From assembly GCF_003334255.1 (NCBI RefSeq), contig NZ_QOWU01000019.1: a DNA stretch of 64,000 nt. One strand, given 5' to 3'. The notes under the pieces are model-generated. The model searched no databases. It was not told where the DNA came from and saw only the letters and a list, made by a program, of their open reading frames with translations. The DNA is from Escherichia coli (GTDB lineage: Bacteria; Pseudomonadota; Gammaproteobacteria; Enterobacterales; Enterobacteriaceae). Position 1 is the stretch's first letter. Each line of letters opens with the position of its first letter. A program made the position numbers and the translations under genes. Positions 11,002-22,246 of this stretch are shown in pieces.

Positions 11002-11973
11002 TTACTTAGCTGCCTGAATATCAGCCAGCATTGGGGCAAGGGCTGGGTTGTCCTTAGCGAAGTTTGCGTACATTGGCTGTACTTTCTCGATAAACGGAGC
11101 TTTATCTACCTGGTAGACTTTCACGCCCATTTTATCCAGTTTTGCAAATTCTTGTTTCTCTTCCTCGCTCCACAAGTCTTTCATGTAGCTCATTGATTCT
11201 TTAGCTGCTTTTAATATAACTGCCTGATTTTCCTGGCTAAGTTTATCAAACGCAGCATTGCTCATCAGAACCACATCGGGAACCATAGTGTGTTCGTCAA
11301 GGCTGAAGGATTTTGCCACTTCACCGTGACGCATGGTAGTCAGCGCCATCACGCTGTTTTCTGCCATATCGACCACACCCTGCTGTAAGGCTGTATACAA
11401 CTCGCCGTAATCCAGTGGCGTCGGGTTACCGCCCATGACTTTGATCATTTCAACTGCGCCAGGGCTTGGCTGGACACGGACTTTCATGCCTTTCAGATCG
11501 TCTGGTTTCAGTACTGGTTTATTGCCATAGAAACTGCGGGCGCCTCCATCATAAAAAGTCAGCCCGAAATAACCTTTGCTTTTCGTTGAGTCGAGGATTT
11601 TTCTCCCGATATCGCCCTGCATGACCTGATAATAATGATCACGATCGCGGAACAAATAAGGCAGGCTAAATAATTTATAGGAATTTTCAAATGCTTCCAT
11701 TTCTGCCGCATTGGTTTTTACCAGGGGAATAGCGCCAGAACGAATCAGCTCCATTGTTTCTCGTTGAGTACCCAATGTTCCATTTGGATAAATACGAATA
11801 GTAATATCACCGTTAGAGTACTCTTTGCTCTTTTTCGCAAAGAACTCCATCGCTTTATGAACAGGATGAGACTTATCCTGATTATGACTCAGTTTTAATG
11901 TCACTGCCCAGGACTGGCTTGCGGATAACATAAGAACAGCACCGATAATGCCAGCGGATACTTTTATTTTCAT
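11002..11973 (-). CDS. TRAP transporter substrate-binding protein (DctP family)
   Basis: 323 aa with signal peptide; co-located with DctM and DctQ homologues. Confidence 0.8.
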   Translation of the reverse strand: MKIKVSAGIIGAVLMLSASQSWAVTLKLSHNQDKSHPVHKAMEFFAKKSKEYSNGDITIRIYPNGTLGTQRETMELIRSGAIPLVKTNAAEMEAFENSYKLFSLPYLFRDRDHYYQVMQGDIGRKILDSTKSKGYFGLTFYDGGARSFYGNKPVLKPDDLKGMKVRVQPSPGAVEMIKVMGGNPTPLDYGELYTALQQGVVDMAENSVMALTTMRHGEVAKSFSLDEHTMVPDVVLMSNAAFDKLSQENQAVILKAAKESMSYMKDLWSEEEKQEFAKLDKMGVKVYQVDKAPFIEKVQPMYANFAKDNPALAPMLADIQAAK

Positions 11974-12025
11974 AGATGTTCCTTTTCTAATAAATATGGC
12001 GGCAGGTGCCGCCAGTGAATGCGCA

Positions 12026-13327
12026 TCAGTAGCCCAGTGCTCTTGGCAATGCCATACTGATTTGCGGAATATAGGTCACCATTGCCAGCACCAATACCAT
12101 CACGGCATAGAATGGCAGCATAGGTTTGATAATTTTATTAATCGGTAATTTAGATACACTACAACCGACAAATAACACACTGCCTACAGGCGGAGTACAA
12201 ATACCGATACACATGTTCAGTACCATGACAATACCAAAGTGAATCGGGTCCATGCCCAGTTCGGTGACAACCGGTAAAAATATCGGCGTAAAAATCAGTA
12301 CCGCCGGTGTCATATCCATAAAAGTGCCGATAATCAACAGGATAATATTGATAATAAGCAGGATTATTATTGGGTTGTCAGAAATAGTGTTAAGCAAATC
12401 GAGAATCAGGAAGGGAACGTCAGCGTTTGACATTGCCCATGACATACCCATCGAAGAACCAATTAATAACAAGACAATTGCAGTGGTAATAACGGATTCC
12501 AGAAATATTTTAGGTAAATCTTTAACTGAGATTTCACGATAAAGAACCAGTGCAAGGAAAAGGGTATAAATTACTGCAATTGCGGAGGCCTCTGTCGGGG
12601 TAAAAATACCACTTAATACACCCCCCATAATTAAAATAATCAGGAAAATACTGGGGATAGCCATCCATATCGCAACGCCAGCCTGGCGTAAAGTCGGGCG
12701 TTCTGGCTTTGGATAACCGCGACGTACCGCGATAATACCGGCTATTACCATCAGTGCCAGACCCAGCAAAATTCCCGGAACATAACCCGCCAGGAACAGT
12801 GCGGCAATAGAAGTACCACCACTGACCAGTGAATAGACGATTAACGTATTACTTGGTGGAATAAGCAAACCCGTCGGGGCAGAGGCAACGTTAACCGCAG
12901 TACTGAATGCCGGGTCGTAACCCTCTTTAACCTGTTGCGGATGCATGACGCCGCCCATCGCAGCCGCCGAAGCCACGGCTGAACCAGAAATTGCCCCGAA
13001 CAGCATATTGGCGAGAATATTACAGTGGGCAAGTGAGCCTGGCAGACGACCGCCGAGAATACGGGCAAAGTTGATTAATCGTCGCGCTATTCCTCCATGG
13101 TTCATAATGTTGCCAGACAAGATAAAAAATGGGATTGCCAACAACGTAAAACTATCTAACCCGGAGGCTAACTTTTGGGAAACCACACTCAATGCTGAGT
13201 TGAAATCGAGTTGTGTGGAAATTGATGCCAGTGTCGATAAACCAATGGCATAAACAATAGGTACACCTAATGCCAACATAAAAAAGAAGGCACCAAATAA
13301 CACAATAATCGGTAACCAGTAATCCAT
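12026..13327 (-). CDS. TRAP transporter large permease (DctM family)
   Basis: 433 aa polytopic membrane protein. Confidence 0.85.
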   Translation of the reverse strand: MDYWLPIIVLFGAFFFMLALGVPIVYAIGLSTLASISTQLDFNSALSVVSQKLASGLDSFTLLAIPFFILSGNIMNHGGIARRLINFARILGGRLPGSLAHCNILANMLFGAISGSAVASAAAMGGVMHPQQVKEGYDPAFSTAVNVASAPTGLLIPPSNTLIVYSLVSGGTSIAALFLAGYVPGILLGLALMVIAGIIAVRRGYPKPERPTLRQAGVAIWMAIPSIFLIILIMGGVLSGIFTPTEASAIAVIYTLFLALVLYREISVKDLPKIFLESVITTAIVLLLIGSSMGMSWAMSNADVPFLILDLLNTISDNPIIILLIINIILLIIGTFMDMTPAVLIFTPIFLPVVTELGMDPIHFGIVMVLNMCIGICTPPVGSVLFVGCSVSKLPINKIIKPMLPFYAVMVLVLAMVTYIPQISMALPRALGY

Positions 13328-13369
13328 AATTTCTCCATTCCTACTATGGTTGGTTGTTGTTTGTTATCT

Positions 13370-13870
13370 TTAGAGTGGTTGTTTAAGTTCGGTTAAAACC
13401 ATATCTATGGTGTATATAATAATAAGTACACCACTAATCGGGATGCTCATATAGATATATCCCATTTGCCAGCCTAAAGCGGGCGAGGTCTGACCTGAAT
13501 CGAATGTATCCATCGTTAATAGCCCACCACCATATACCATAATGATGGTTGCGAAGATAATAACGATAATCTGAATACACAAAAATAAATGACGTCGGGC
13601 TTTTCCTTTCAGCATCATAGGTAGCAGGTCAATCGCCAGATGCCGGTTTTGCCCTGCGGTGTATGCCCCACCAAAAAGTCCAAGACAAATAAAGAGCAAA
13701 CGGCTGAGTTCATCTGTAAAAATACTGGGACTAGTAAATATAAATCGTGCAGCCACCTGCCACGTCACACATGCCACGATGATCGCCAAAATGGTAATGT
13801 TCAATGCTGCAAGCAGAGCATTAATAGATCTAATTATATTTCGCATAGTGATTAACCTTTGCAATATCAT
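13370..13870 (-). CDS. TRAP transporter small permease (DctQ family)
   Basis: 166 aa, four hydrophobic segments; immediately upstream of DctM. Confidence 0.75.
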   Translation of the reverse strand: MILQRLITMRNIIRSINALLAALNITILAIIVACVTWQVAARFIFTSPSIFTDELSRLLFICLGLFGGAYTAGQNRHLAIDLLPMMLKGKARRHLFLCIQIIVIIFATIIMVYGGGLLTMDTFDSGQTSPALGWQMGYIYMSIPISGVLIIIYTIDMVLTELKQPL

Positions 13871-15948
13871 TCATCCTGTGGCTGGTAAATTGTCCCATTA
13901 AGAAAACCAGGCCAGTTTTTTTCAAACCAAATACCTCGGATAATAGGAAACTCACGAACAGGTGTTTCTCTGACGTGAAAGATACCGTTGCAATAATGAA
14001 TAAGTAGTTTATCTTTTTTATCCTCAGTACGCTCTGAACGAAAGCGCCAGGCATCACAAAAACCATTTCGTGTTTGCGGAATAGAATTTCCATCCCTGTC
14101 GAGAATAATACGTGCTCCCCGACTACCACCACCTGCGTCAATATAATGCGTTAATTGCGTTAATACGGCGGCAGAAGTCAGTGCCATATGCCGCCACATA
14201 AACAGCTCGGCAACTTCACCCACATGTTTGATAGCCAATCCATGCCGTTGGACAAATTCGCTCAATAGCAGGGCATCGCGAGTGGCGCGTCGGACTTTAT
14301 CGGCATGGCAAATAAATCCCGCATGGTCAGACATTCGTGCCTGAATTTTTTCTCTCACAACCGACAACGGCATCCCGGTCCCGTTATCGTGCGCCTGAGT
14401 AATGATCTCTCTTATAGAAGCCAGTGTAGGAGCTACCAGCTGTGCTATATCTCCATCAATATTCCGCTTTTGCGTGCAACCAATAAAACGTGCCAGACGA
14501 ACAGCAAAAACCTGCCCGGCATTCAATGCTGCACCACCAGGGCGAGTGACGCCGTGTGTGCCAGCAACTTCCCCCACGGCGAAACAGCCGGGCAGGGAGG
14601 TTTGTCCCCAGATATCCACTTCAATGCCGCCATTCATATGCTGATTATTCATGGCAAACTGCAAAGGCTGTGTGGTGAGATCGTAACCGTGCATCTTATA
14701 CAGCGAGATAGACAGCGGATTCATTCGTTGCAGCCGTTCGATGGGCGATGGTGCCAGAGCGTCGTTATTTTCCAGATACGCGCGAACGTCGTCGTCCAGT
14801 CGATCTAATGAGAACGGCAGGTCACCCGGCACCGCTTCAGGATTGCGATTGAAATCCATAAATACCTGACGCCCTGATTGCTGCTCTTGCGCTACTGCCA
14901 TATCTAACAAGCTGGAGCCAAAATCCATCACCCGAGTGGCGTGGAACGGCCACTGATAGCCTTTACGGAAAATGTTTGAAGCCAGCTCCTGGGTGGTGCG
15001 ATAGTAATCCGCGAGGAAGTTATACTCGTTACCCTCAGCATCCACGGAATAGATATACGGGATCACCTGTACATAGGTGCCGGATAAATTCCACGGAAAC
15101 GTGCTACGCGGCGTGCCTATACCAAACTGGCTTTCGGTCAGATTGGTTAGCGTCAGGCCTTCCTCCAGCGCCAGCCCCAGCGAGCCAAAACATTTGTGTG
15201 GGTACACACTGTCGCGATAAAGCTCGCCAGGCCCTCCTGTTGCCAGTACCACATTGGGCGCAGTCACAATTGCCAGCCCCCAAGGGTTATGGGCGCGATG
15301 ACCGGTCGCGAGGATTGCCCCCGCAACACGGTCTTCGCCGTTTTCGTCACGCTGATGCAGCAGTTTAATCACTGTTGCACTGGTCAACACTGGAATGGCG
15401 AGGCGCTGTACTTCTTCCAACAGCACTTTCACCATTAACCTTGAGGTACGCGGCCCACACGAGGTTGCACGCCCGGCTTCGTCATGGTCGGTTTGATAAC
15501 GAAGAATCGCGCCATAGCGATCTTCCGGTAATTCCAGACCAAGATATTGCAACCCGCCAAGAGTGTGCAGAGAACCTACCGCTTCGACATAAGCGGTGTC
15601 GTGATCCATCGCCCCACCGCTCGCCAGTGCCTCTGCCAGTTTGGTGAAGTTGTCGCCGTTGCCCGCGGTAGCGGCGGTAAACAGTGTCTGTTTATCGGAA
15701 CCAGAACATGCCGACGTCCCCATATATAACCCGGCGGTGGCGATCAGCACATTTTGCTGGCGGCGTTTAAGTTCCACAGCTGCACGCAGCCCGGCTGCAC
15801 CACTGCCGACTACCAGGGCATCTGTTTGCCAGAGTGGGTAATCAACACCGTCTACCGTGACAACCCATGCGGGCTCTGCCTGTGCAAAACCCTTTGGGAA
15901 AGTAACGTGCGTCAGCGCATCAAGGATGGTGTCATCAAGCTGACTCAT
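13867..15948 (-). CDS. FAD-dependent oxidoreductase (fumarate reductase/succinate dehydrogenase flavoprotein-like FAD domain plus C-terminal extension)
   Basis: 693 aa; dinucleotide-binding motif VVGSGAAGLRAA near N-terminus; translationally coupled to neighbours. Confidence 0.6.
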   Translation of the reverse strand: MSQLDDTILDALTHVTFPKGFAQAEPAWVVTVDGVDYPLWQTDALVVGSGAAGLRAAVELKRRQQNVLIATAGLYMGTSACSGSDKQTLFTAATAGNGDNFTKLAEALASGGAMDHDTAYVEAVGSLHTLGGLQYLGLELPEDRYGAILRYQTDHDEAGRATSCGPRTSRLMVKVLLEEVQRLAIPVLTSATVIKLLHQRDENGEDRVAGAILATGHRAHNPWGLAIVTAPNVVLATGGPGELYRDSVYPHKCFGSLGLALEEGLTLTNLTESQFGIGTPRSTFPWNLSGTYVQVIPYIYSVDAEGNEYNFLADYYRTTQELASNIFRKGYQWPFHATRVMDFGSSLLDMAVAQEQQSGRQVFMDFNRNPEAVPGDLPFSLDRLDDDVRAYLENNDALAPSPIERLQRMNPLSISLYKMHGYDLTTQPLQFAMNNQHMNGGIEVDIWGQTSLPGCFAVGEVAGTHGVTRPGGAALNAGQVFAVRLARFIGCTQKRNIDGDIAQLVAPTLASIREIITQAHDNGTGMPLSVVREKIQARMSDHAGFICHADKVRRATRDALLLSEFVQRHGLAIKHVGEVAELFMWRHMALTSAAVLTQLTHYIDAGGGSRGARIILDRDGNSIPQTRNGFCDAWRFRSERTEDKKDKLLIHYCNGIFHVRETPVREFPIIRGIWFEKNWPGFLNGTIYQPQDE

Positions 15949-17486
15949 GCATCCTCCATCGGCGTAAACAGGCTACTTTCCATCAGGCGTGGGTGCTTGA
16001 TAATTGGACGGAAAGCCATATACGGCAGAATGTCGCGCTCAATCTCCACACCCGGCGCGATTTCAATTAATTCAACGCCTTCTGCCGTTAACTGGAATAC
16101 TGCGCGTTCAGTGATATACAACACTTCCTGACCACTTTGCTGTGCGTAGGCGGCGCTAAAAGTGATTTTTTCCACCTTGGTAACCAGTTTAGGGATTTGA
16201 CCTGACTGGGCGATATGCAAGCCATCTGGTGTTATATCGATCTTGCTGCCTTTAGCGTCGAACGTGCCGCAGAACACCACTTTACGGGCATTTTGCGCAA
16301 TTTCGAGAAATCCGCCGGGGCCAATCAGATTGCCATTGAGATGGGAGACGTTGACGTTACCGTACTGATCCATCTCTCCCATGCCGAGGAAGGTGATATC
16401 GATCCCTCCGCCACTGTAGAACTCAAATTGATCGAGTGATGGAATAATGGCATCGGCGTTGCGGGCGCAGCCGAAAAACGCATCATCCAGCATCATGCCG
16501 TTATGTACGCCTTGCTCGACGCTCAGCCATAAACTTTGGTAAGGAACGCCTTCGCGCAGCGCTACTCCTGGAATGCCGCCGGGAATACCAAAGCCAAAGT
16601 TGGTTGAAGCGCCAGCTACCAGTTCGCGTGCTGCCCGACGGGCAATCAGGCGACGTACCGGATGACTAACCAGTTCAATAGCGTCGTTAGAACTCAGACG
16701 GCGATGTTGGCCGCTGATGGTCAGGTCGTAACCGCCAAGATAGGTTTGTGGTTGTTCGCGGTGTTCAACGATGCCATCAACCAGAATGCCCGGTAATTTG
16801 ACCCGGCGTGGTTCAATCGCGCCAGCTTCCAGCACATCGCGTACCTGTACGAACACTTTGCCGCCGCTGTTGTGTGCTGCCAGCGCCATGGAATAGCTAT
16901 CCATATCAATCGCTTCTTCTTCAAGGCTGACGTTGCCTCGAGGATCGGCATAAGTGCCACGCAAAATCGCGTAATCCACTTTGAAAGGGCGATAACGAAG
17001 TTTGGTTTCACCGTCGATTTCAATCAGTTCTACCAGCTCGTCGGTAGTGCATTCATTCGACTTACCGCCGCCATTGCGTGGATCAACAAACGATCCCAGC
17101 CCAACGTGGGTAAAAAGCCCCGGACGTCCGGCGCCGATCTCCCGTAGCAGTGCCTGAATCACGCCACCAGGAAAGCAGTAGGCTTCAATCGTGTTATTTT
17201 TTACCAGCGCCTGCATTTTGGGCGACCAGGTAAAGTGCCCGGCAATAATGCGTTTGAGCATCTCTGCGTGCGCAAAACGATTAGTGCCTTTGCAGTCGCG
17301 ATCGCCAATACCCAGCGAGTGGATTAGCGTCAGGTCGCGAGGGTGTCCGGTTTGCAGGAAACGCGCTTCAATAGCAGCCAGAATATGGTCGGCTTCCACC
17401 ATACCGCCGCCGTTACCGCTAATAGCAATAGTCGCACCGTCCTGAATTTGCGCCGCCAGTGCCTCGGCGGTTGTTATCTTACGCAT
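15945..17486 (-). CDS. Family I CoA-transferase (fused A/B subunits; acetate/3-oxoacid CoA-transferase-like)
   Basis: 513 aa; overall resemblance to fused-subunit CoA-transferases. Confidence 0.65.
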   Translation of the reverse strand: MRKITTAEALAAQIQDGATIAISGNGGGMVEADHILAAIEARFLQTGHPRDLTLIHSLGIGDRDCKGTNRFAHAEMLKRIIAGHFTWSPKMQALVKNNTIEAYCFPGGVIQALLREIGAGRPGLFTHVGLGSFVDPRNGGGKSNECTTDELVELIEIDGETKLRYRPFKVDYAILRGTYADPRGNVSLEEEAIDMDSYSMALAAHNSGGKVFVQVRDVLEAGAIEPRRVKLPGILVDGIVEHREQPQTYLGGYDLTISGQHRRLSSNDAIELVSHPVRRLIARRAARELVAGASTNFGFGIPGGIPGVALREGVPYQSLWLSVEQGVHNGMMLDDAFFGCARNADAIIPSLDQFEFYSGGGIDITFLGMGEMDQYGNVNVSHLNGNLIGPGGFLEIAQNARKVVFCGTFDAKGSKIDITPDGLHIAQSGQIPKLVTKVEKITFSAAYAQQSGQEVLYITERAVFQLTAEGVELIEIAPGVEIERDILPYMAFRPIIKHPRLMESSLFTPMEDA

Positions 17487-17495
17487 ACAATTTCC

Positions 17496-18278
17496 TTATT
17501 GATTATGGAAGCTCACGCTACTTTTTTCGGCAAAGGCGCGCGTCGCCTGCTGGCAATCCTGAGTGGCAGACATTAATCCGGCCAGTAGCTGGTGCGGGTA
17601 ATCGGCATGTTTATTTTCCAGTGCCAGAATCAGTTGCTTAATATGCGCCAGTGCCACCGGGCCGCATTTTTCCAGCTGCGCTAACTGGTTCGCCATCCAG
17701 CTTTCCACCTGTTCTTTTTCTACCACTTCATCAATTAAATTCGCCGCCTGGGCTTCCTGCGCCGTCAGGCGTTTACCCAGCATCAGCATCTGGCGACCGA
17801 CCACCGGACCAACCTGATTAAGCACACGTTCAATGCCCATCCAGCCAGGCACCATGCCGAGCATCACTTCCGGGTTAGAGAATTTCGCGCCGGGGCGGGC
17901 AATACGAATATCGCAGCACAAGGCCAGTTCAATACCACCGCCGATGGTATGACCGTTGAGATTCGCAACGGTTAATTGGGGTAAGTTTCGCAGGCGATTA
18001 AAAACGTCATTACCGCGTTTAATCCATTTTCTGCCCATATCTAATGGCGAATAGGCCGACCACGATTTAATATCGCCGCCCGCACAAAAGAATTTATCGC
18101 CGGTTGCCGTTAATTCGACTAATCGTAATGTGGTGTCGTTTTCAATTTCATTTAAATAATGGTCGAGAGATTCGATCATCTCTTCGTTAATAGCATGACA
18201 TTTATCTTCACGGTTCAATGTCAGGCGGCAGGAAGCCGCCGCTCTGCTGAACAGAACGGGTTGGTCACTCATGATCAT
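17496..18278 (-). CDS. Enoyl-CoA hydratase/isomerase (crotonase family)
   Basis: 260 aa; crotonase-fold motifs (FCAGGDIK). Confidence 0.75.
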   Translation of the reverse strand: MIMSDQPVLFSRAAASCRLTLNREDKCHAINEEMIESLDHYLNEIENDTTLRLVELTATGDKFFCAGGDIKSWSAYSPLDMGRKWIKRGNDVFNRLRNLPQLTVANLNGHTIGGGIELALCCDIRIARPGAKFSNPEVMLGMVPGWMGIERVLNQVGPVVGRQMLMLGKRLTAQEAQAANLIDEVVEKEQVESWMANQLAQLEKCGPVALAHIKQLILALENKHADYPHQLLAGLMSATQDCQQATRAFAEKSSVSFHNQ

Positions 18279-18281
18279 TCC

Positions 18282-19124
18282 TTAACAATAATGCGCGATG
18301 CGATCGACGCTAATATCCAGCGTGCTGTTAATATCTTTTTGCCACCAGTACGGCGAGAATATTTCCAGTTCAATAGCGCCATTAAATCCGGCGTTTTCAA
18401 CCAGCCGACGAATTGACGGAATATTGATGACGCCATCTCCCGGCATACCACGGTCATTGACCAGATCAGTGGTCGGCACTAACCAGTCGGAAACATGAAA
18501 CGCGAGGATGCGTTTTCCGGCACGCAGGATCTGACTGGCGAGATCCGGATCCCACCAGACGTGATAAACATCCACCGCCACGCCGAGGCCAAACTCACCA
18601 TCGGGATCGAGTTCATCACACCAGTCCAGCGCCTGGCGTAACGTGCACAGGCAAGAGCGATCGGCAGCTGTCATCGGGTGCAGTGGCTCCAGCGCAATTG
18701 GCACGCCGACATCTTTCGAATGTGGCAGCAACTGGCGAATCCCTTGTTTCACTTGTTCTCGCGCTTCATATAGATCTTTAGTGCCCGTTGGCAGACCGCC
18801 AACCACCTGCATATAACAGGCGGCGTTAAGCACCGCTGCGTCGTCCAGCGCCCGGCGGTTATCATCAATCGCCAGTTTGCGTTCCGCCAGTGTCGGCGCG
18901 GTGTAGTAAGTGCTACGGCACAAACCGGAAACGCTCATGTTACTGGCGGCAAGCTGGTGGGCGATTTGCTGGAGATCTTCACCTTGCAACTCCCTGCGCC
19001 AGGGAGCAATCGCGCCAATACCACGCGCGGCGCAGGCATCAATAATGGCGGGTAGCGGCGTTTTATAGCCCAGTGTTGCGGTATTGATACTGAATAAATC
19101 CGGGCGTTGTAACAGATCTCTCAT
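18282..19124 (-). CDS. Sugar phosphate isomerase/epimerase-family protein (xylose isomerase-like TIM barrel)
   Basis: 280 aa; family-level resemblance only. Confidence 0.55.
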   Translation of the reverse strand: MRDLLQRPDLFSINTATLGYKTPLPAIIDACAARGIGAIAPWRRELQGEDLQQIAHQLAASNMSVSGLCRSTYYTAPTLAERKLAIDDNRRALDDAAVLNAACYMQVVGGLPTGTKDLYEAREQVKQGIRQLLPHSKDVGVPIALEPLHPMTAADRSCLCTLRQALDWCDELDPDGEFGLGVAVDVYHVWWDPDLASQILRAGKRILAFHVSDWLVPTTDLVNDRGMPGDGVINIPSIRRLVENAGFNGAIELEIFSPYWWQKDINSTLDISVDRIAHYC

Positions 19125-19133
19125 GATTCAGCC

Positions 19134-19967
19134 TCAGAAGCGCGGCATACTTAAGCCGCCGTCGATGGCGACCGCCTGACCACAGGTGTAAATCAGTTTA
19201 CCTTCCGCCATCGCGCGGACAGTGGAAGCAATATCAGCCGGATAACCCCAACGTCCCCACGGCACCAGACCTTTGGCAATCAGTTCGTCGTAATAAGCCG
19301 TTGCCGGAATAGTCATATCAGTTTTGATGAGACCTGGGCGCACTTCATAAACGCCAATTTGTTCATTACAAAGGCGAGCTGCAAATAGACGAGCAGCGGC
19401 AGAAACGGCGGTTTTGGCAATGGTGTATTCGCCGCGATTCATCGCCAGCATGATGGCGTTGATGGAACTGACGAAAATAATCGAGCGGTGCGGCAGTTCC
19501 GCTTCCGGTTTCGGCTGTGCCAGTAAACGCTTACTGAATGCCTGAGCAAGGAAGAACGGCGCGCGGGTGTTAATGGCAATGTTTTGATCGAAGCTGTCTG
19601 GTTCGAGGTCGAGGAGGTCACCGCGTTTTTTCACTGAAATGCCTGCGTTGTTGAGCAGGCAGTCCAGACGTCCCCACAGGTTTTGCGCCGCGTCGAGCAT
19701 CTCTTCATGCAAGGAGAGATCGCCGACATCGGCAGGGAAGCAAATCACTTCCACGCCTTCAGCTATACATTCTTGTTGTGTGATATGCAGTTTTTCTACG
19801 CTGTCGGCATCGGGAAGATCGTTAATCAGCAGGTTAAATCCGCCACGAGCAAGCTCCAGCGCACAGCCCTTTCCAATACCACGAGCGGCTCCGGTAATCA
19901 CGGCAACAGGACGAGTGGATTTCATACAATAGCTCTCTTTTTTTGAATATTGTTTTCTAAGTGACAA
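19134..19967 (-). CDS. Short-chain dehydrogenase/reductase (SDR); true start probably at MKSTRPVAVITG (~19925)
   Basis: VAVITGAARGIGKG Rossmann motif. Confidence 0.8.
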   Translation of the reverse strand: MSLRKQYSKKESYCMKSTRPVAVITGAARGIGKGCALELARGGFNLLINDLPDADSVEKLHITQQECIAEGVEVICFPADVGDLSLHEEMLDAAQNLWGRLDCLLNNAGISVKKRGDLLDLEPDSFDQNIAINTRAPFFLAQAFSKRLLAQPKPEAELPHRSIIFVSSINAIMLAMNRGEYTIAKTAVSAAARLFAARLCNEQIGVYEVRPGLIKTDMTIPATAYYDELIAKGLVPWGRWGYPADIASTVRAMAEGKLIYTCGQAVAIDGGLSMPRF

Positions 19968-20113
19968 TTAGCTTGCGACGTGCCGCAAGAAAGATCAACC
20001 ATCTGGTTGGTTGATATGCGATAGTGATCACAGGACATTTGATAACTTGATGAAAGTACAAGTTTTTATCCTTTTTACTGGAGCTTCTAATTAATCGGGT
20101 TAAGATAGTTATC

Positions 20114-20785
20114 TTGAAGAGGTCGTGGGGAAGCGTTATGTATCTTGATACCAGCAACGTACAGAGCCTGAAGGAAAAGCTGCTGTTATGCGCGGTTAAT
20201 GAATTTGCCGAATATGGTTATGAAGGGGCCAGGGTCGATAATATTGTTAAGGCTGCGGGGTGTAGTAAACAGACGGTTTATCATCACTTTGGTAATAAAG
20301 AAAATTTATTTATTGAAGTACTGGAATATACCTGGAACGATATTCGACAAAAAGAAAAGGCCCTTGATTTCTCAGATCTTCCGCCACAAAAAGCCATTGA
20401 GAAAATTATTGATTTTACATGGGATTATTATATTGCTAATCCCTGGTTTTTAAAAATTGTGCATAGTGAAAATCAAAGTAAAGGTGTGCATTATGCAAAA
20501 TCACAGCGTCTCTTAGAAATTAACCATGCGCACTTGCAGTTAATGGAATCCTTATTGGATGAAGGGAAGAAACACAATATTTTTAAGCCAGATATCGACC
20601 CATTGCAGGTGAATATTAATATTGCTGCGCTTGGCGGATATTATTTGATCAACCAGCATACGCTTGGCCTGGTTTATCATATCAGTATGGTTTCCCCCCA
20701 GGCACTGGAAGCCAGACGTAAGGTCATCAAAGAGACAATCCTTAGCTGGCTTTTGGTTGACCCTTCATCTACCGCGCACGAATAA
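20114..20785 (+). CDS. TetR-family transcriptional regulator (full-length counterpart of the K-12 ytfA remnant, by position)
   Basis: N-terminal TetR HTH ([44 protein letters not shown]); divergent from the catabolic operon; 3' end overlaps ytfB 3' end. Confidence 0.8.
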
Positions 20786-21443
20786 AACTGCCATCCGGCT
20801 GGCGGGTGAACAGGACCTGTTGATTATTCCCCGTATCAATGGTTAAGCCCGTCACCACGCCGCTGGCGTTCTGGCGGATTTTCACCATTTGCCCGTTTTG
20901 CAAATTACTCAGCGGCTTACCCGCGCCTTCTACCTGCGCCATTGCATAGACATCGGTAGCGGGCAGTCCGTGGTCGCGGAACAGCTGCGCCATCGTTTTA
21001 CCGGGTTCGACACGGTAAGAGCGCCATTGATTATCAATTCCGCTATCTGGCTGGAATGGTTGTGTTTGGGTAGTTTGCGGCTGTTCTTCTGGCTGGCCTT
21101 CCTGTATAGGTTCTGGAGCGACCGGAGCCACCTGATCAGGATCATTTTGTGGTGTGACTAATTGCGCCCGCAGCTGTTCTTCTGTCGGCGGTTGTGATTG
21201 CGACTGAATATCTAACTGCGCTTCACGCGTCACCACCGGCGCGTTGGGCGTATCATCAGATGGAAGCAGAAATCCGACCACCAATATAATGGCGGCAATA
21301 ATGATCCCCCGACGATGCATCGGCGGCAGCGGGTCCATGAAGCGAAAATTGTCCGGCGCGTGCCAGACTTTCTCCAGGGTTGGTTTTAGTTCAAAGCGCC
21401 CGGGCATGGTTTCCTCCTGCTCCGCGTCTTGTTCCTCAATCAT
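20769..21443 (-). CDS. ytfB: Cell-division/OapA-domain protein YtfB
   Basis: 224 aa; single TM then Pro/Gln-rich linker and C-terminal domain; conserved position before fklB. Confidence 0.8.
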
Positions 21444-21625
21444 AGCCTATGAATAAGCTAACGCTATGATGTCCGTGGTAAACCCGCCTTTATTATATTC
21501 ATACGGGATATTGCTATTGTTTCTTTTTCCCCGGGATTTGTCATCATTCCTGCGACAAAGTTTTACCCAAAGAAGTGTGGCTGATATGCTGCCCGCTACT
21601 TTTATACCCTAAGAAAGGAAATACG

Positions 21626-22246
21626 ATGACCACCCCAACTTTTGACACCATCGAAGCGCAAGCAAGCTACGGCATTGGTTTACAGGTAGGCCAACAACTG
21701 AGTGAATCTGGCCTGCAAGGGCTGCTGCCGGAGGCGCTGGTGGCTGGTATTGCAGATGCGCTGGAAGGCAAACATCCGGCTGTTCCGGTTGATGTGGTGC
21801 ATCGCGCGCTGCGTGAAATCCACGAACGCGCCGATGCCGTTCGTCGTCAGCGTTTCCAGGCGATGGCTGCCGAAGGTGTGAAATATCTTGAAGAAAATGC
21901 CAAAAAAGAAGGTGTGAACAGCACCGAATCTGGCCTGCAATTCCGCGTGATCAACCAGGGTGAAGGCGCAATTCCGGCACGTACTGACCGCGTTCGTGTT
22001 CATTACACCGGTAAACTGATCGACGGCACCGTGTTTGACAGCTCCGTTGCTCGTGGTGAACCCGCTGAATTCCCGGTTAATGGCGTGATCCCTGGCTGGA
22101 TTGAAGCACTGACTCTGATGCCGGTAGGTTCTAAATGGGAACTGACTATCCCGCAGGAACTGGCATATGGCGAGCGCGGCGCAGGCGCATCCATCCCTCC
22201 GTTCAGCACCCTGGTGTTTGAAGTCGAACTGCTGGAAATCCTCTAA
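21626..22246 (+). CDS. fklB: FKBP-type peptidyl-prolyl cis-trans isomerase
   Basis: [25 protein letters not shown]...; FKBP C-terminal domain. Confidence 0.9.
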   Translation: MTTPTFDTIEAQASYGIGLQVGQQLSESGLQGLLPEALVAGIADALEGKHPAVPVDVVHRALREIHERADAVRRQRFQAMAAEGVKYLEENAKKEGVNSTESGLQFRVINQGEGAIPARTDRVRVHYTGKLIDGTVFDSSVARGEPAEFPVNGVIPGWIEALTLMPVGSKWELTIPQELAYGERGAGASIPPFSTLVFEVELLEIL

